Shown here: positions 19,281 through 28,434 of the stretch, one piece after another
Layout of the letters: each line of letters begins with the position of its first letter
Position numbering within the stretch: the first letter of the stretch is position 1
Source: a virus
Virus record (IMG/VR): IMGVR_UViG_3300003702_000965
Span: 19,951 to 83,950 of that record
DNA length: 64,000 nucleotides
Direction: 5' to 3' (one strand)
Made by a program: the position numbers and the translations under genes
Notes under the pieces: model-generated
The model's input: the letters and a program-made list of their open reading frames with translations, nothing else
What the model was told of the DNA's origin: nothing
Databases searched by the model: none

Positions 19281-20682
19281 CTTTTGTATTGCAAAAAGAC
19301 ACAATCACATATCTTGTGCCGCTGGTGGTAGGTCTAGCTCCATGCTTATGAGTTATATTACCGGGATGCATAACCACTTCTCCAATGTCGTTTTGGACGA
19401 GTATTTTTTGCCTTCTAAAATATGTTCCGCTCCCTTCAAAATCCCTTCCACGTTGATTTAGGTTAGCTAGAAAGGTCAGCTTCGAATAGTCGTGGTGAAG
19501 CGATAGGTGCGACTGCTTGGATGGTATATATTTTATAATGAAGTTTTCCCCCGTTAAGGATGCCCAGTTTGAGCCTTCCAGCGCGTATAGAAATTCAGCG
19601 GCAGGGTAGCAGTGCTTCTTCAAAACTTGTTCATATACATTATTGATTCCCACTGTATCTAATAACATGTCAGTTGTAGGATAAAATTCATGCCTTTTCT
19701 CTGTCCACTCCCCCTCGGTTTCGCATAAATCAATCATTTCTTTACAGAAAATTTCATTGAAAAGGGGCCATTTGAAAATGTTTGAGTATCCGGGTTCTCC
19801 CAATTCATCTGCCATCAATTCCCATTCGTGGGAGCGAGCCTCTATTCTCAGGTATTTTTCTTCCCAAGCTTTTGGGTCTTTGTCGTAGTCTCTTATCGAC
19901 AAGTCTCCTTCCGTTGGCTGACCTTGTGGGCTGTCGAATCTAGATGCTATATTTCCTTTTAAGGGTTCTATTTTTTTTGTCTTGATTGGCTTAAATTCTT
20001 CGTAGCCGAAGTCTTCTTTCCCTGACTCCCCCTTTTTGGTCACCTCCTTGCTTATGGTGACGCCGGGTACTGGGGAAATGAGAGGCTGTGAAAATTTAGA
20101 CTTCTCTCCATCTGCTCTTATGAAAGCTACCAATGTTAGTCTTCCGTCATACAAATCATTACCAAAGTATTCGTCAGACTTGTGAAAGAAGAGAGGGTTG
20201 TAGATCATACATCTGTTATATACGTTTTCTACTGTTTCTCTTACGTCATACCATTTTGGATCTCCATCTGATTCTTTATATTCTTTAGACTTTTTATTTG
20301 CGCTTTCTTTTAAGTCGTAAATTATAGTGCCTGAATTGGGCTTTGGGTCAGGAGTAAGGTAAATTAAAGCAACATGAGTGAAGTCTTGATCCATCTTGTC
20401 GTCATGAACCCAGCTATCCCCGTCTTTTGAAGTACACAATTGAAACATTACCTCAAAATAAGACTCTTTACCTTGCGGCCAGCCCATAACTTCGTATATT
20501 CTCCCAGTAAACTCATAATAAAGTTTTTCGCTGAGAGTATGATAAAAAGGAGTTCTAGTTCCGGGCCAATTGCCCCCAGATGGATGAGTTTCTTTTGGAA
20601 AAAACTTCTGAGAAAGGGCGAACTTCCTTACTTTATCAGGATCTGGGAAAAAATTTTCGAATACAAGCTCTTTGTCACTCAT
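19273..20682 (-). CDS. Tandem 2OG-Fe(II) dioxygenase; C-terminal domain PLOD/lysyl-hydroxylase-like
   Basis: Two HxD...H...R sets: 'WVHDD...FHKS...RLT' and 'WPLFNEIFC...PTTD...IKY..SKQSHLSLHHD...FEGSGT...MHPGNITHKHGARPTTSGTRYVIVSF'. Confidence 0.8.
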   Translation of the reverse strand: MSDKELVFENFFPDPDKVRKFALSQKFFPKETHPSGGNWPGTRTPFYHTLSEKLYYEFTGRIYEVMGWPQGKESYFEVMFQLCTSKDGDSWVHDDKMDQDFTHVALIYLTPDPKPNSGTIIYDLKESANKKSKEYKESDGDPKWYDVRETVENVYNRCMIYNPLFFHKSDEYFGNDLYDGRLTLVAFIRADGEKSKFSQPLISPVPGVTISKEVTKKGESGKEDFGYEEFKPIKTKKIEPLKGNIASRFDSPQGQPTEGDLSIRDYDKDPKAWEEKYLRIEARSHEWELMADELGEPGYSNIFKWPLFNEIFCKEMIDLCETEGEWTEKRHEFYPTTDMLLDTVGINNVYEQVLKKHCYPAAEFLYALEGSNWASLTGENFIIKYIPSKQSHLSLHHDYSKLTFLANLNQRGRDFEGSGTYFRRQKILVQNDIGEVVMHPGNITHKHGARPTTSGTRYVIVSFCNTKDG

Positions 20683-20688
20683 GATCTG

Positions 20689-21123
20689 TTATATTTTTAC
20701 TAATTCGACACCATAAAAATCTAATATTTCTTTAGCTTTCAGGTCTTGATCATATTCTTCAGAGTATATTACTTGTGGTATTTTGTATGCAGCTATTAGC
20801 GTGGCACAGTGAGAACATGGTAATAGAGTCACGGCTAGTATACTAGCTTGACCTTTATTGAATAGAGACATACAGTTGGCTTCTGCGTGTATCATATACT
20901 TCCTTCTTTCGTCTCTGTCGAGCCAGAATTCCGCGTCCACCTTTTTTTTAGGAGCTAACCCGTTGTAACCGACTCCTAGGATCATCCTGTCTCGGTCTAA
21001 GGCGCAAGCTCCCACTTTTCTATGAGGATCTTCGCTTCTTTTAGAAGCTGTTTTAGCTATTTCAAGGGCGTATTCTTGCCAGCTAAGCCTTTCTTTAATA
21101 TCAGTTCCTAGAATATATTCCAC
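20689..21123 (-). CDS. dCMP deaminase
   Basis: 'RSEDP..KVGA', 'GYNG', 'HAE', 'PCSHC'; start moved to GTG 21123 because the listed TTG at 21165 lies in a -35 box. Confidence 0.88.
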   Translation of the reverse strand: MEYILGTDIKERLSWQEYALEIAKTASKRSEDPHRKVGACALDRDRMILGVGYNGLAPKKKVDAEFWLDRDERRKYMIHAEANCMSLFNKGQASILAVTLLPCSHCATLIAAYKIPQVIYSEEYDQDLKAKEILDFYGVELVKI

Positions 21124-21136
21124 AACAAAGGAGCTT

Positions 21137-21165
21137 ATTTTATGAATTACTTTGGCAGTGGTCAA
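21137..21165 (-). promoter_or_regulatory. Sigma70-like promoter for the dCMP deaminase operon
   Basis: TTGACC-N17-TAAAAT with AAAGTAA at spacer positions 7-13; back-to-back with the promoter at 21181. Confidence 0.7.
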
Positions 21166-21180
21166 GGAAAATAAAAAGAG

Positions 21181-21209
21181 TTGACAAACAAAAAGGTGTC
21201 GAATATTAT
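21181..21209 (+). promoter_or_regulatory. Near-consensus sigma70-like promoter driving the structured non-coding region
   Basis: TTGACA-N17-TATTAT. Confidence 0.75.
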
Positions 21210-21215
21210 TTGTTA

Positions 21216-21642
21216 ATTGCTTTTCGCGGCAAGTAGCCTAGCGAGGATATCTCGCTTCAACACGTAAGAGACAACAGGCCCGTAAAAAGACGCCAATCAA
21301 GAAGGCTAATAACCTTCACGCTATTTCGGGAAAAGGCGGCGTTTGAGATTGGAAAAGCTGTTAACTTGGGCGACCCCTCTGGGGGAAGGAAGAAGTTAAA
21401 GTGTCAAAAAACAAGTCCTGCCGCTTAATGTTAAGCAATGTACATAGCTGAATTTGGTTGTGAGCTAGGCTGAAGCATGGCCGACGCGTAGGACTGAAAC
21501 GGGTAAATTCAGACCATTTTTTAGGTAATGTCATGATTTTCACTTGACGGTTACCAAGTTGACTGCTATTCCTTAGGCTCCTCCTCGGAGGAAGGAAGAA
21601 GTTAAAACTTCTTCTTATGCGTTCTGCGAACGCTAATTTTTT
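21216..21642 (+). ncRNA. Candidate large structured RNA or leader (family not recognised)
   Basis: No plus-strand ORF in the track; several local hairpins, 6-8 bp long-range complementarities, a 17-bp direct repeat, final hairpin plus T-run. Confidence 0.5.
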
Positions 21643-21648
21643 AAACAT

Positions 21649-22257
21649 ATGGATAGCCAAGTAACCGTTTCTGATTTAGAGTTAGTCGATGAAATAAGAG
21701 AGTTTAAGTGCTCCGACAGTCTTGTAGCGTTGACTGGTAGGCATGTCGGGATCCTAAATAAAGTCTTCAAAAGATATTCGGGGGCCTTAGTTTCTATTGG
21801 GTATTCCTATGATTCCTTTAAAGGTGATTTTAATTTAGTTACTTTTAAAGCTTGCACATCATTTAGAATAGAAGGCGGGTCTAAGTTTTCGACTTGGCTA
21901 TGTAATCACGCAAGATACCACTGTTTGAATCAAATAAATAAAAAAAATAAAATTAAAGATTTAAGTATCGAAGATGAGCAATATTTAGAATTCTTAGCGC
22001 AAAGCCAAAGCCTGCCCAACTCCTTCAAGCTCGAAATAGATTACGTCTTTAAAATCCTGTCAGACATGAAAGACAAAAGGATTTCCAAAGTTTTTAATAT
22101 GAGATATTTCGGAGAAATTGGAAAAAATGGATGCCCTTGGTCTAAAATAGGTGAAGAACTTGGGATAAGCACCCAGACGGCGATAAATTTACATGAAAAA
22201 GGAGCTAAATTAATCAGAAACAAGCTTAAAAGCCCAAACCCGACTGACAAAATCTAG
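21649..22257 (+). CDS. Phage-encoded sigma70-family RNA polymerase sigma factor
   Basis: Region 2-like 'SKFSTWLCNHAR' and region 4 HTH 'MRYF...WSKIGEELGISTQTAINLHEKG'. Confidence 0.8.
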   Translation: MDSQVTVSDLELVDEIREFKCSDSLVALTGRHVGILNKVFKRYSGALVSIGYSYDSFKGDFNLVTFKACTSFRIEGGSKFSTWLCNHARYHCLNQINKKNKIKDLSIEDEQYLEFLAQSQSLPNSFKLEIDYVFKILSDMKDKRISKVFNMRYFGEIGKNGCPWSKIGEELGISTQTAINLHEKGAKLIRNKLKSPNPTDKI

Positions 22258-22259
22258 AC

Positions 22260-22288
22260 TTGACAAAGGGGAAAGGGTAACTTAATAT
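22260..22288 (+). promoter_or_regulatory. Sigma70-like promoter
   Basis: TTGACA-N17-TAATAT, spacer contains GAAAGGGT; ATG 10 nt downstream. Confidence 0.75.
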
Positions 22289-22298
22289 AAATTTTCTT

Positions 22299-22604
22299 AT
22301 GGCTGATAACAAGTCGAAAAGCACAGAAGTAGGGGCTCTCTGGAAAAGGGTAGCTAAGAACTCAGGTAAGACTTATCTGGCTGGTCACATCGCAATTGAA
22401 GATCTCGGAGCAATGGCTCTAGAGAAGAAAGTTAAGATAGTGGTCTTCTCCAACAATAAAGAAGGGCAATCTGAAAATGCTCCAGATTTTAGGATGTATT
22501 TATCCAAAGTCATAGAGCAGAGGAAAGAAGAGTCTTCGACGGCGACTCCTCAGCCTGAAGCCGAGGTGGTTTCCGCTTCGCCTGAAGATGGAGATCTCAT
22601 TTAA
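22299..22604 (+). CDS. DUF736-like small protein with acidic tail (possible ssDNA-binding protein)
   Basis: 'GALWKR...GKTYLAG...VVF.N.K...APDFR' and acidic C-terminus. Confidence 0.6.
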   Translation: MADNKSKSTEVGALWKRVAKNSGKTYLAGHIAIEDLGAMALEKKVKIVVFSNNKEGQSENAPDFRMYLSKVIEQRKEESSTATPQPEAEVVSASPEDGDLI

Positions 22605-23682
22605 CTTACCTATTAACTCAGTCTCTTTCGGGCAAGTTTCTTTAGCTTTACTCAGGGAGGCTTTCAACAGAAAGCTTCAGCCTTCTCTTGTTCCGATAGG
22701 GGAGGTTGATCTTTCTTCACAGTCAGGCGTAACTGACGAGTTTAAATCTTGGTTAGACTCCTGCCTCAAAAAGGGAAGGACCGAACACAGCAGGGAAGTC
22801 CCATGCTTGAAGCTTTGGCACCTTAACGGAGGCATGGAATCTATTAGCAACAAACCTAATTTGCTAACGTTTTACGAACTAGACGAACCGACTAAAACCG
22901 AGATTAACGTAGCAAGAAACAATAAAGTAATATTTACTTCATCTTATACGAAAAATATCTTCGAAAGAGAAGACATAGATTGCGGTTCAATCCCTCTAGG
23001 ATTTGATTTGTATAATTTTCATAAAATAAAACCTACTGACAAACGTTTTCCCGACGACAGGATAACCTTCAACTTAGTTGGTAAATTCGAGAGGAGGAAG
23101 CACCACGAAAAAGTAGTTAATGCTTGGCTAAAGAAATTCGGAAACAACAGGAAATATCTCCTTCAGTGTGCTATATATAATCCGTTCTTTTCGGAATCCG
23201 ATAACGAGAAAGTCTGGGATTCTCTTGGCAGAAAGTCGGGTTTTTTCAATTTAAGTTTTTTAGGATTCATGAAGAGGAACTCTATCTATAATGATTTTCT
23301 GAATTCTGGAGATGTTGTAATCGGAATGTCAGGAGGAGAAGGCTGGGGCCTCCCCGAATTTCAGTCCGTTTGTTTGGGGAAACATGCTGTTATATTAAAC
23401 GCTTCAGCATATAAAGATTGGGCCAACGAAGATTGTTGCGTTATGGTTGAGCCTTCTGGAAAAATCCCCGCTTATGATGGAATATTTTTTAAAGAGGGTG
23501 GGGACTATAACCAAGGGAGCATTTTTGATTTCTCTGAAGATGATTTTATTTCCGGCTGCGAAGAAGCGATTAAAAGAGTAGAGGCTTCCAAAGATAAAAA
23601 TAACGAAGAGGGAGAACACCTTAAGGATAAATTTTCCATCTCTAATTCATTCGACAAAATATTAGATTGTATATATGCCTGA
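22588..23682 (+). CDS. Glycosyltransferase, GT-B/GT4-like
   Basis: 'VGKFERRK', 'SGGEGWGLPEFQS'. Confidence 0.85.
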   Translation: MEISFNLPINSVSFGQVSLALLREAFNRKLQPSLVPIGEVDLSSQSGVTDEFKSWLDSCLKKGRTEHSREVPCLKLWHLNGGMESISNKPNLLTFYELDEPTKTEINVARNNKVIFTSSYTKNIFEREDIDCGSIPLGFDLYNFHKIKPTDKRFPDDRITFNLVGKFERRKHHEKVVNAWLKKFGNNRKYLLQCAIYNPFFSESDNEKVWDSLGRKSGFFNLSFLGFMKRNSIYNDFLNSGDVVIGMSGGEGWGLPEFQSVCLGKHAVILNASAYKDWANEDCCVMVEPSGKIPAYDGIFFKEGGDYNQGSIFDFSEDDFISGCEEAIKRVEASKDKNNEEGEHLKDKFSISNSFDKILDCIYA

Positions 23683-24019
23683 ATATACATATGAGAATCC
23701 GGAGACAGGAGAAACTGTAAACGTCTTCCAAAAAATAGACGACGATCATGAATACTCAAAAGACGGACTACAATACAACAGAGTCTTCACGGTCCCTAAC
23801 GCTTCCATAGACTCGGACCTGTCCTCCCTTTCCGAAGAAGCCTTCGTTAGAGCTACGGCCAAGAAGAAAGGTACCTTGGGTGATTTATGGGATGCTTCAA
23901 AAGAAGCCAGTCTAAAGAGGGAGAAAACTTACGGGAAAGATCCCGTTAAGGAGAAATATTTCAAAAAATATAGCGAAAAAAGAAAAGGAGCTAAGCATAA
24001 AGATGACCCGTCCAGATGA
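23675..24019 (+). CDS. FmdB-like small protein lacking the zinc-ribbon cysteines
   Basis: 'MPEYTYENPETGE...RVFTVP' follows the MPxYxY pattern without CxxC. Confidence 0.5.
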   Translation: MPEYTYENPETGETVNVFQKIDDDHEYSKDGLQYNRVFTVPNASIDSDLSSLSEEAFVRATAKKKGTLGDLWDASKEASLKREKTYGKDPVKEKYFKKYSEKRKGAKHKDDPSR

Positions 24020-25022
24020 AATAACTTTCGTCGTAATATCTAACGGCAACAATCACGAAAAGCTAAAGAGGCTTTTAACAAGCATAGAGCATAACGGCGA
24101 ACACCACCTAAAGTCTTATGAAATAAACCTATGTGGCGAAGCTGGAGACTTCGAGCTTCCTGCTATTGTAAATTATTTTCATTTGCCAGAGGACGCCTCT
24201 AACGCTCGACTTGGGGACATGAGAAACGTTGGGTGCGAAAACGCGACTAAAGAAACAATTTGCATTTTAGATGACGATTTTATTTTGGCTCCTGATTGGG
24301 TAGAAAATATTCCTCATAATTATTTCGATATTATGACTTCTCAGGTTAGAGTTCCTGATGGAGGCAGATATTGGGATCACGCATGCTACATGAGTCCCAC
24401 TAAAGGTCACGTAATTCTTATGCCAGACGAAAAGGATGACTGTTTGTATATGTCTGGAGGATGCGCTTGGATGATGAAGAGGAAAGTGTGGGAAAAAGTT
24501 AAGTGGGACTCTTCTGGGATTTACAACATGAGCAGTCTGGAGGAGTACAAAGAAGGAAAGCATAATGAAGACACTCACTTTTCTTTAAGGTGTAGGGAAA
24601 ATAAGTTTTTATTAATCCATAACCACGACTCCATTTCTTTCCATGACGACGATTCCTATACTAATGTCGGCAGGATCTGCAACAGAAGAAGAGACGACAG
24701 AAGCTATTCTTGGGTTTTGGACTTGAGCTTATCTTTTTCTCCGTCAGTGTTATGCGACTTTGCTGTTTCCCTCTTTTCGAACGGCTTTCTTCCTGAATCG
24801 GCTGATATACTTAGGTATGGACTGATTAACTTTCCATCAAATTATGATCTACAAAAGACATTTGAATCCACAATAGTTAAACACTCTGGAGTTTTAGAAG
24901 ACTCTAGATACTCTCCCAATGGTGACCCTTTATATTTAGAGTTTAAGTCTTTTTATGACGACGACTCAGATGACGACTCCGAACTCGAGGGACTAACCCA
25001 AGAGCAAATGAATATCCTCTGA
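24003..25022 (+). CDS. Glycosyltransferase family 2
   Basis: 'RNVG...ICILDDD', 'NEDTHFSLR'. Confidence 0.8.
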   Translation: MTRPDEITFVVISNGNNHEKLKRLLTSIEHNGEHHLKSYEINLCGEAGDFELPAIVNYFHLPEDASNARLGDMRNVGCENATKETICILDDDFILAPDWVENIPHNYFDIMTSQVRVPDGGRYWDHACYMSPTKGHVILMPDEKDDCLYMSGGCAWMMKRKVWEKVKWDSSGIYNMSSLEEYKEGKHNEDTHFSLRCRENKFLLIHNHDSISFHDDDSYTNVGRICNRRRDDRSYSWVLDLSLSFSPSVLCDFAVSLFSNGFLPESADILRYGLINFPSNYDLQKTFESTIVKHSGVLEDSRYSPNGDPLYLEFKSFYDDDSDDDSELEGLTQEQMNIL

Positions 25023-25023
25023 T

Positions 25024-25767
25024 ATGAGAATAGGCCCAATTCAAAGTTTATGGATAGGAGACGAGCTTTCTGATTTGGAGGTTTTATGCATAAATTCCTT
25101 CTTGAAAAATGGATATGATTTTCATCTTTACACGTACGGAACTATAAAAAACGCGCCTAAAGATTGCGTCATATTAGACGGCAACGAGTTTCTAGAAGAA
25201 TCGGAGGTTTTCTCCTACAAAGTAGGAGTAGGGAAGGGCAGCTTTTCAGCCTTCTCTAACCTCTTTAGATACAAAATGCTTTATGACATTGGCGGGATCT
25301 GGTGCGACACTGACGTAATAAATTTAAATCCCATCCCGAACATGGAATATCTTTTCGCGTCAGAGAAAGATGGCGACGAAATAGTCTGCGCTTCTTGTTT
25401 CATAAAAGCTCCTAAGGGTTCTGCTTTCGCCAAGTATTGTTACGATAAGGCCTCTTCTGTAGACAGAGAGAAGCTTGAATGGGGCCAGATAGGTCCTAAG
25501 TTAGTAGGGGAAGCGGTTAAGACTTACGGTCTTAGCGACTTTATTGTTCCCTTCAAAAAATTCAACCACGTTCCTTGGTATAGCGCTGAACTCTTTTTTT
25601 ACGATGATCCAGAAAATATGGGCGAGATGCTTTATGAGAGCATAGCCAGCGAAGCGTATTGCATTCATATGTGGAACGAAGTTTGGAGAAGATTAGGTTT
25701 GGATAAGAGCGCGGAGTTTCCGAAAGGCTGTTTCTACGAGGTGTTAAAGTCCAAAATAAAAGTATGA
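25024..25767 (+). CDS. DXD glycosyltransferase (GT32/alpha-1,4-GT-like)
   Basis: 'IQSLWIG', 'FSNLFRY..LY..GGIWCDTD', 'WGQIGP', 'IHMWNE'. Confidence 0.85.
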   Translation: MRIGPIQSLWIGDELSDLEVLCINSFLKNGYDFHLYTYGTIKNAPKDCVILDGNEFLEESEVFSYKVGVGKGSFSAFSNLFRYKMLYDIGGIWCDTDVINLNPIPNMEYLFASEKDGDEIVCASCFIKAPKGSAFAKYCYDKASSVDREKLEWGQIGPKLVGEAVKTYGLSDFIVPFKKFNHVPWYSAELFFYDDPENMGEMLYESIASEAYCIHMWNEVWRRLGLDKSAEFPKGCFYEVLKSKIKV

Positions 25768-26519
25768 AGAAAATATATTTAAATGATTTCTTTCAGGAAA
25801 GTGGTTATGATTGGGAGAACGACGCACCCATGATGAAAGAAATTTGCAAGCTCAGCAAAACTAGACACATGGAAAACCCTCCGAAAGAGTTTCAATTTAC
25901 TTACGGAATGGAGCAGCCATTTTTTATCAAGGCTTTTTTGGAAAACGTATATTGTGAGAAGTTTTTTGAGATTGGAACGGGAAGGGGAACTTGTTCCATG
26001 GCGGCTTCTTTATGTAAAGACATGAGAAAGGTAGATAGTTTTGACATTCTTGTTCCGGACGAGAAGAGAGATAACGTAATAAATTTCAGAAAGGAGGAAG
26101 CGTCTAATATGGATATTCTGGAGAGATTTAGGACTAAGGCTGCTAAGATTACAAACTTCGTTGCTCAAGCGTACCCTAGTGAAATTAAATTTAATCATGT
26201 TTCAGGGTACGCGAAGTTTATTGACGACCCAGATAATAAAGACTATAGCGTCTGTTTCATAGACGGAGACCACGATAATGCTGAAACAATTTTAAAAGAC
26301 TATCTAATATGCAACAAAGTGATGGAGAAATCTAAAGAGGCTTATATTATTTGGGACGATTACTATCCAGATAAGTTCGCCGTTAAGGAAGTTGTAGATA
26401 AAATCACGGAAGTAGACGGAAGGGAGTGCACTCTAGTTCCTTTCAGAGGCCATTTATTTGATAGCGACGATAAAGCCAGAGAGGAAGACTCTGGCGAAAT
26501 AATAATGAAAATGACATGA
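25764..26519 (+). CDS. Class I SAM-dependent methyltransferase
   Basis: 'FEIGTGRG', 'FIDGDH', 'IIWDDY'. Confidence 0.85.
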   Translation: MKKIYLNDFFQESGYDWENDAPMMKEICKLSKTRHMENPPKEFQFTYGMEQPFFIKAFLENVYCEKFFEIGTGRGTCSMAASLCKDMRKVDSFDILVPDEKRDNVINFRKEEASNMDILERFRTKAAKITNFVAQAYPSEIKFNHVSGYAKFIDDPDNKDYSVCFIDGDHDNAETILKDYLICNKVMEKSKEAYIIWDDYYPDKFAVKEVVDKITEVDGRECTLVPFRGHLFDSDDKAREEDSGEIIMKMT

Positions 26520-27511
26520 AGATAGCGTATTTATGCGATAGAGACACCTATCTACATAAAATGTCTAGGGTTAGGTTTCACGGCATTCAAGCCATATCGG
26601 AAACGAATGAAGTTAAATGGCTAGGGAGAGGATGGAACAATGACGCTCAATTAGGATTTGGGTGGAACGGCTCCCTAACCGTAGACGAAAACTTTAAAAG
26701 ATTAGGTTTTTATCCTGATTTAATAATTGGATATAAACCTTTAGATATTCTAGGCTTTTGTGACTCTAAAATCAAGAAGTGCATTAGATACAATGAAATG
26801 TACGACGTAGAATGGACGATAAGAGAAATCGTCGAGAGTAACGCTGACATAGTCATTTGCCACCACCAAAATGATTATGAAGAATACGTTTCTAATTATC
26901 AAGTTTCGGAAGACCACAAAGTTGGCCTTAGTAGCGTAACTTTCGTTAACATCCCCCATTGTGCTGAAAAGACAGTTTTCAAAGACTATGGTCTCGCCAA
27001 AGAAACAGACTTACTCTTAGTTGGCGCTACCTTCGCTCAGAGTACCCTAGGTCAGCATTATCCCTTGAGAGACAGAATGGCAAGTGACATCTTACCAAAA
27101 CTTTCGCTTAAATATAATTGCAAGATATATGAGCACCCCGGATACAGCATGGGAGACGCACACACCAACATATACGCCCAAAACTTTGCGAGAGCCATAA
27201 ACTCAGCCAAAATAGCTATAACCTGTTCCGGCTTGCCCAGAAGTAGATTTGGTAAATATGTAGAAATTCCCATGTGCAGAACAGCCATTGCTGCCGACAT
27301 GCCCGGCGAAATGCAAGACTTTTTTAAGGAATTTTTAATTAACATAGACATGAGTCACTCCGACGCTCAAATAATGGCCTTGTTGGAGAATAACCTAAAA
27401 GAGCCCCACAGGATACAACAGAAGGCAGACAGAGGATATGAGATGAGCAAGAAATTCGACCAAGAATATTACGCCGAATTATTTAACGAAAAAGTCTTGA
27501 GCTTGTTATGA
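26516..27511 (+). CDS. Glycosyltransferase, CgeB-like GT-B
   Basis: 'YPLR', 'INSAKIAI', 'KYVEIPMC'. Confidence 0.7.
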   Translation: MKIAYLCDRDTYLHKMSRVRFHGIQAISETNEVKWLGRGWNNDAQLGFGWNGSLTVDENFKRLGFYPDLIIGYKPLDILGFCDSKIKKCIRYNEMYDVEWTIREIVESNADIVICHHQNDYEEYVSNYQVSEDHKVGLSSVTFVNIPHCAEKTVFKDYGLAKETDLLLVGATFAQSTLGQHYPLRDRMASDILPKLSLKYNCKIYEHPGYSMGDAHTNIYAQNFARAINSAKIAITCSGLPRSRFGKYVEIPMCRTAIAADMPGEMQDFFKEFLINIDMSHSDAQIMALLENNLKEPHRIQQKADRGYEMSKKFDQEYYAELFNEKVLSLL

Positions 27512-28434
27512 AAGTCCTACCCATTCACGGAAACGAGAACTGGCTCTGCGATAGATACGCGCAGGAGTGGAAGGATCTCAACACTTTCCACGCTTGTCCC
27601 TACAACAACTCTAATGATGCGGATGTTCTTTGGTTGCTTGCTCCTTGGGAATGGAAACAGATACCCAAAGCGTATTTAGAGACAAAGAAAGTCGTTTGCA
27701 CTATCCACCACATGGTTCCAGACAAAACCGACGAGTCTACTTGGAAAGAATTCGAAGAAAGAGATAAGTATATTGACGCTTACCATACCCCCTGCTTTCC
27801 CTCTTACGCTCAGTTCGGCCCCAGAATAGGCCACAAGCCGTTCTTAATTAATCCTTTTTGGTGCAATAATGAAATCTTTAAACCAATAGACGACAAAATT
27901 GGATTGAGGGAGAAATACGGAATAAAGCAAAAAGCCCATTTAATGGGCTCGTTCCAAAGAGACACAGAAGGCTCTGACCTCTCTTCCCCAAAACTGGAAA
28001 AAGGTCCGGATGTTTTTTGTGACATTATTGAGAAAGAGAAGGAAAAGAACCCCGACGTTGAGGTTCTATTAGCTGGATGGAGAAGGCAGTATGTTATAAA
28101 TAGATTAAACAAGGCCGGGATAAAGTATTATTATTTTGAACTACCTTCAATTAAAACGATTAATGAGCTGTATAACTGTTTGGACCTTTATGTTGTAGCT
28201 GCCAGATACGAGGGAGGGCCTCAGTCTATTCCGGAATGTATTATGACCAATACCCCCATTGTATCTACTCCCGTTGGCTTATCCAGCAAACTGCTTCACC
28301 CCAAAAGTATATTTTCCTCTTCTTCTAATTTTAATAGAGCTTCTCCTGACTTGTCTTGGGGAGAAAGAGCTATTGCGCCTTATATAATTCCAGAAGGCTT
28401 CAAACCATTCAATGATTTTTTCGATAGCTTATGA
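27508..28434 (+). CDS. Glycosyltransferase, GT4-like
   Basis: 'EKGPD', 'LYNCLDLYVVAARYEGGPQSIPEC...PIVST.VG'. Confidence 0.85.
   Translation: MKVLPIHGNENWLCDRYAQEWKDLNTFHACPYNNSNDADVLWLLAPWEWKQIPKAYLETKKVVCTIHHMVPDKTDESTWKEFEERDKYIDAYHTPCFPSYAQFGPRIGHKPFLINPFWCNNEIFKPIDDKIGLREKYGIKQKAHLMGSFQRDTEGSDLSSPKLEKGPDVFCDIIEKEKEKNPDVEVLLAGWRRQYVINRLNKAGIKYYYFELPSIKTINELYNCLDLYVVAARYEGGPQSIPECIMTNTPIVSTPVGLSSKLLHPKSIFSSSSNFNRASPDLSWGERAIAPYIIPEGFKPFNDFFDSL

Noticed and set aside
21216-21642. tmRNA, RNase P RNA or group I/II intron identity
   Set aside because: No tRNA-like ends, no GAGGAAAGUCC, no recognisable intron core, no interrupted gene
21361-21660. Minus-strand 99-aa ORF
   Set aside because: No recognisable motif; overlaps the sigma start; antisense to the promoter-driven structured region
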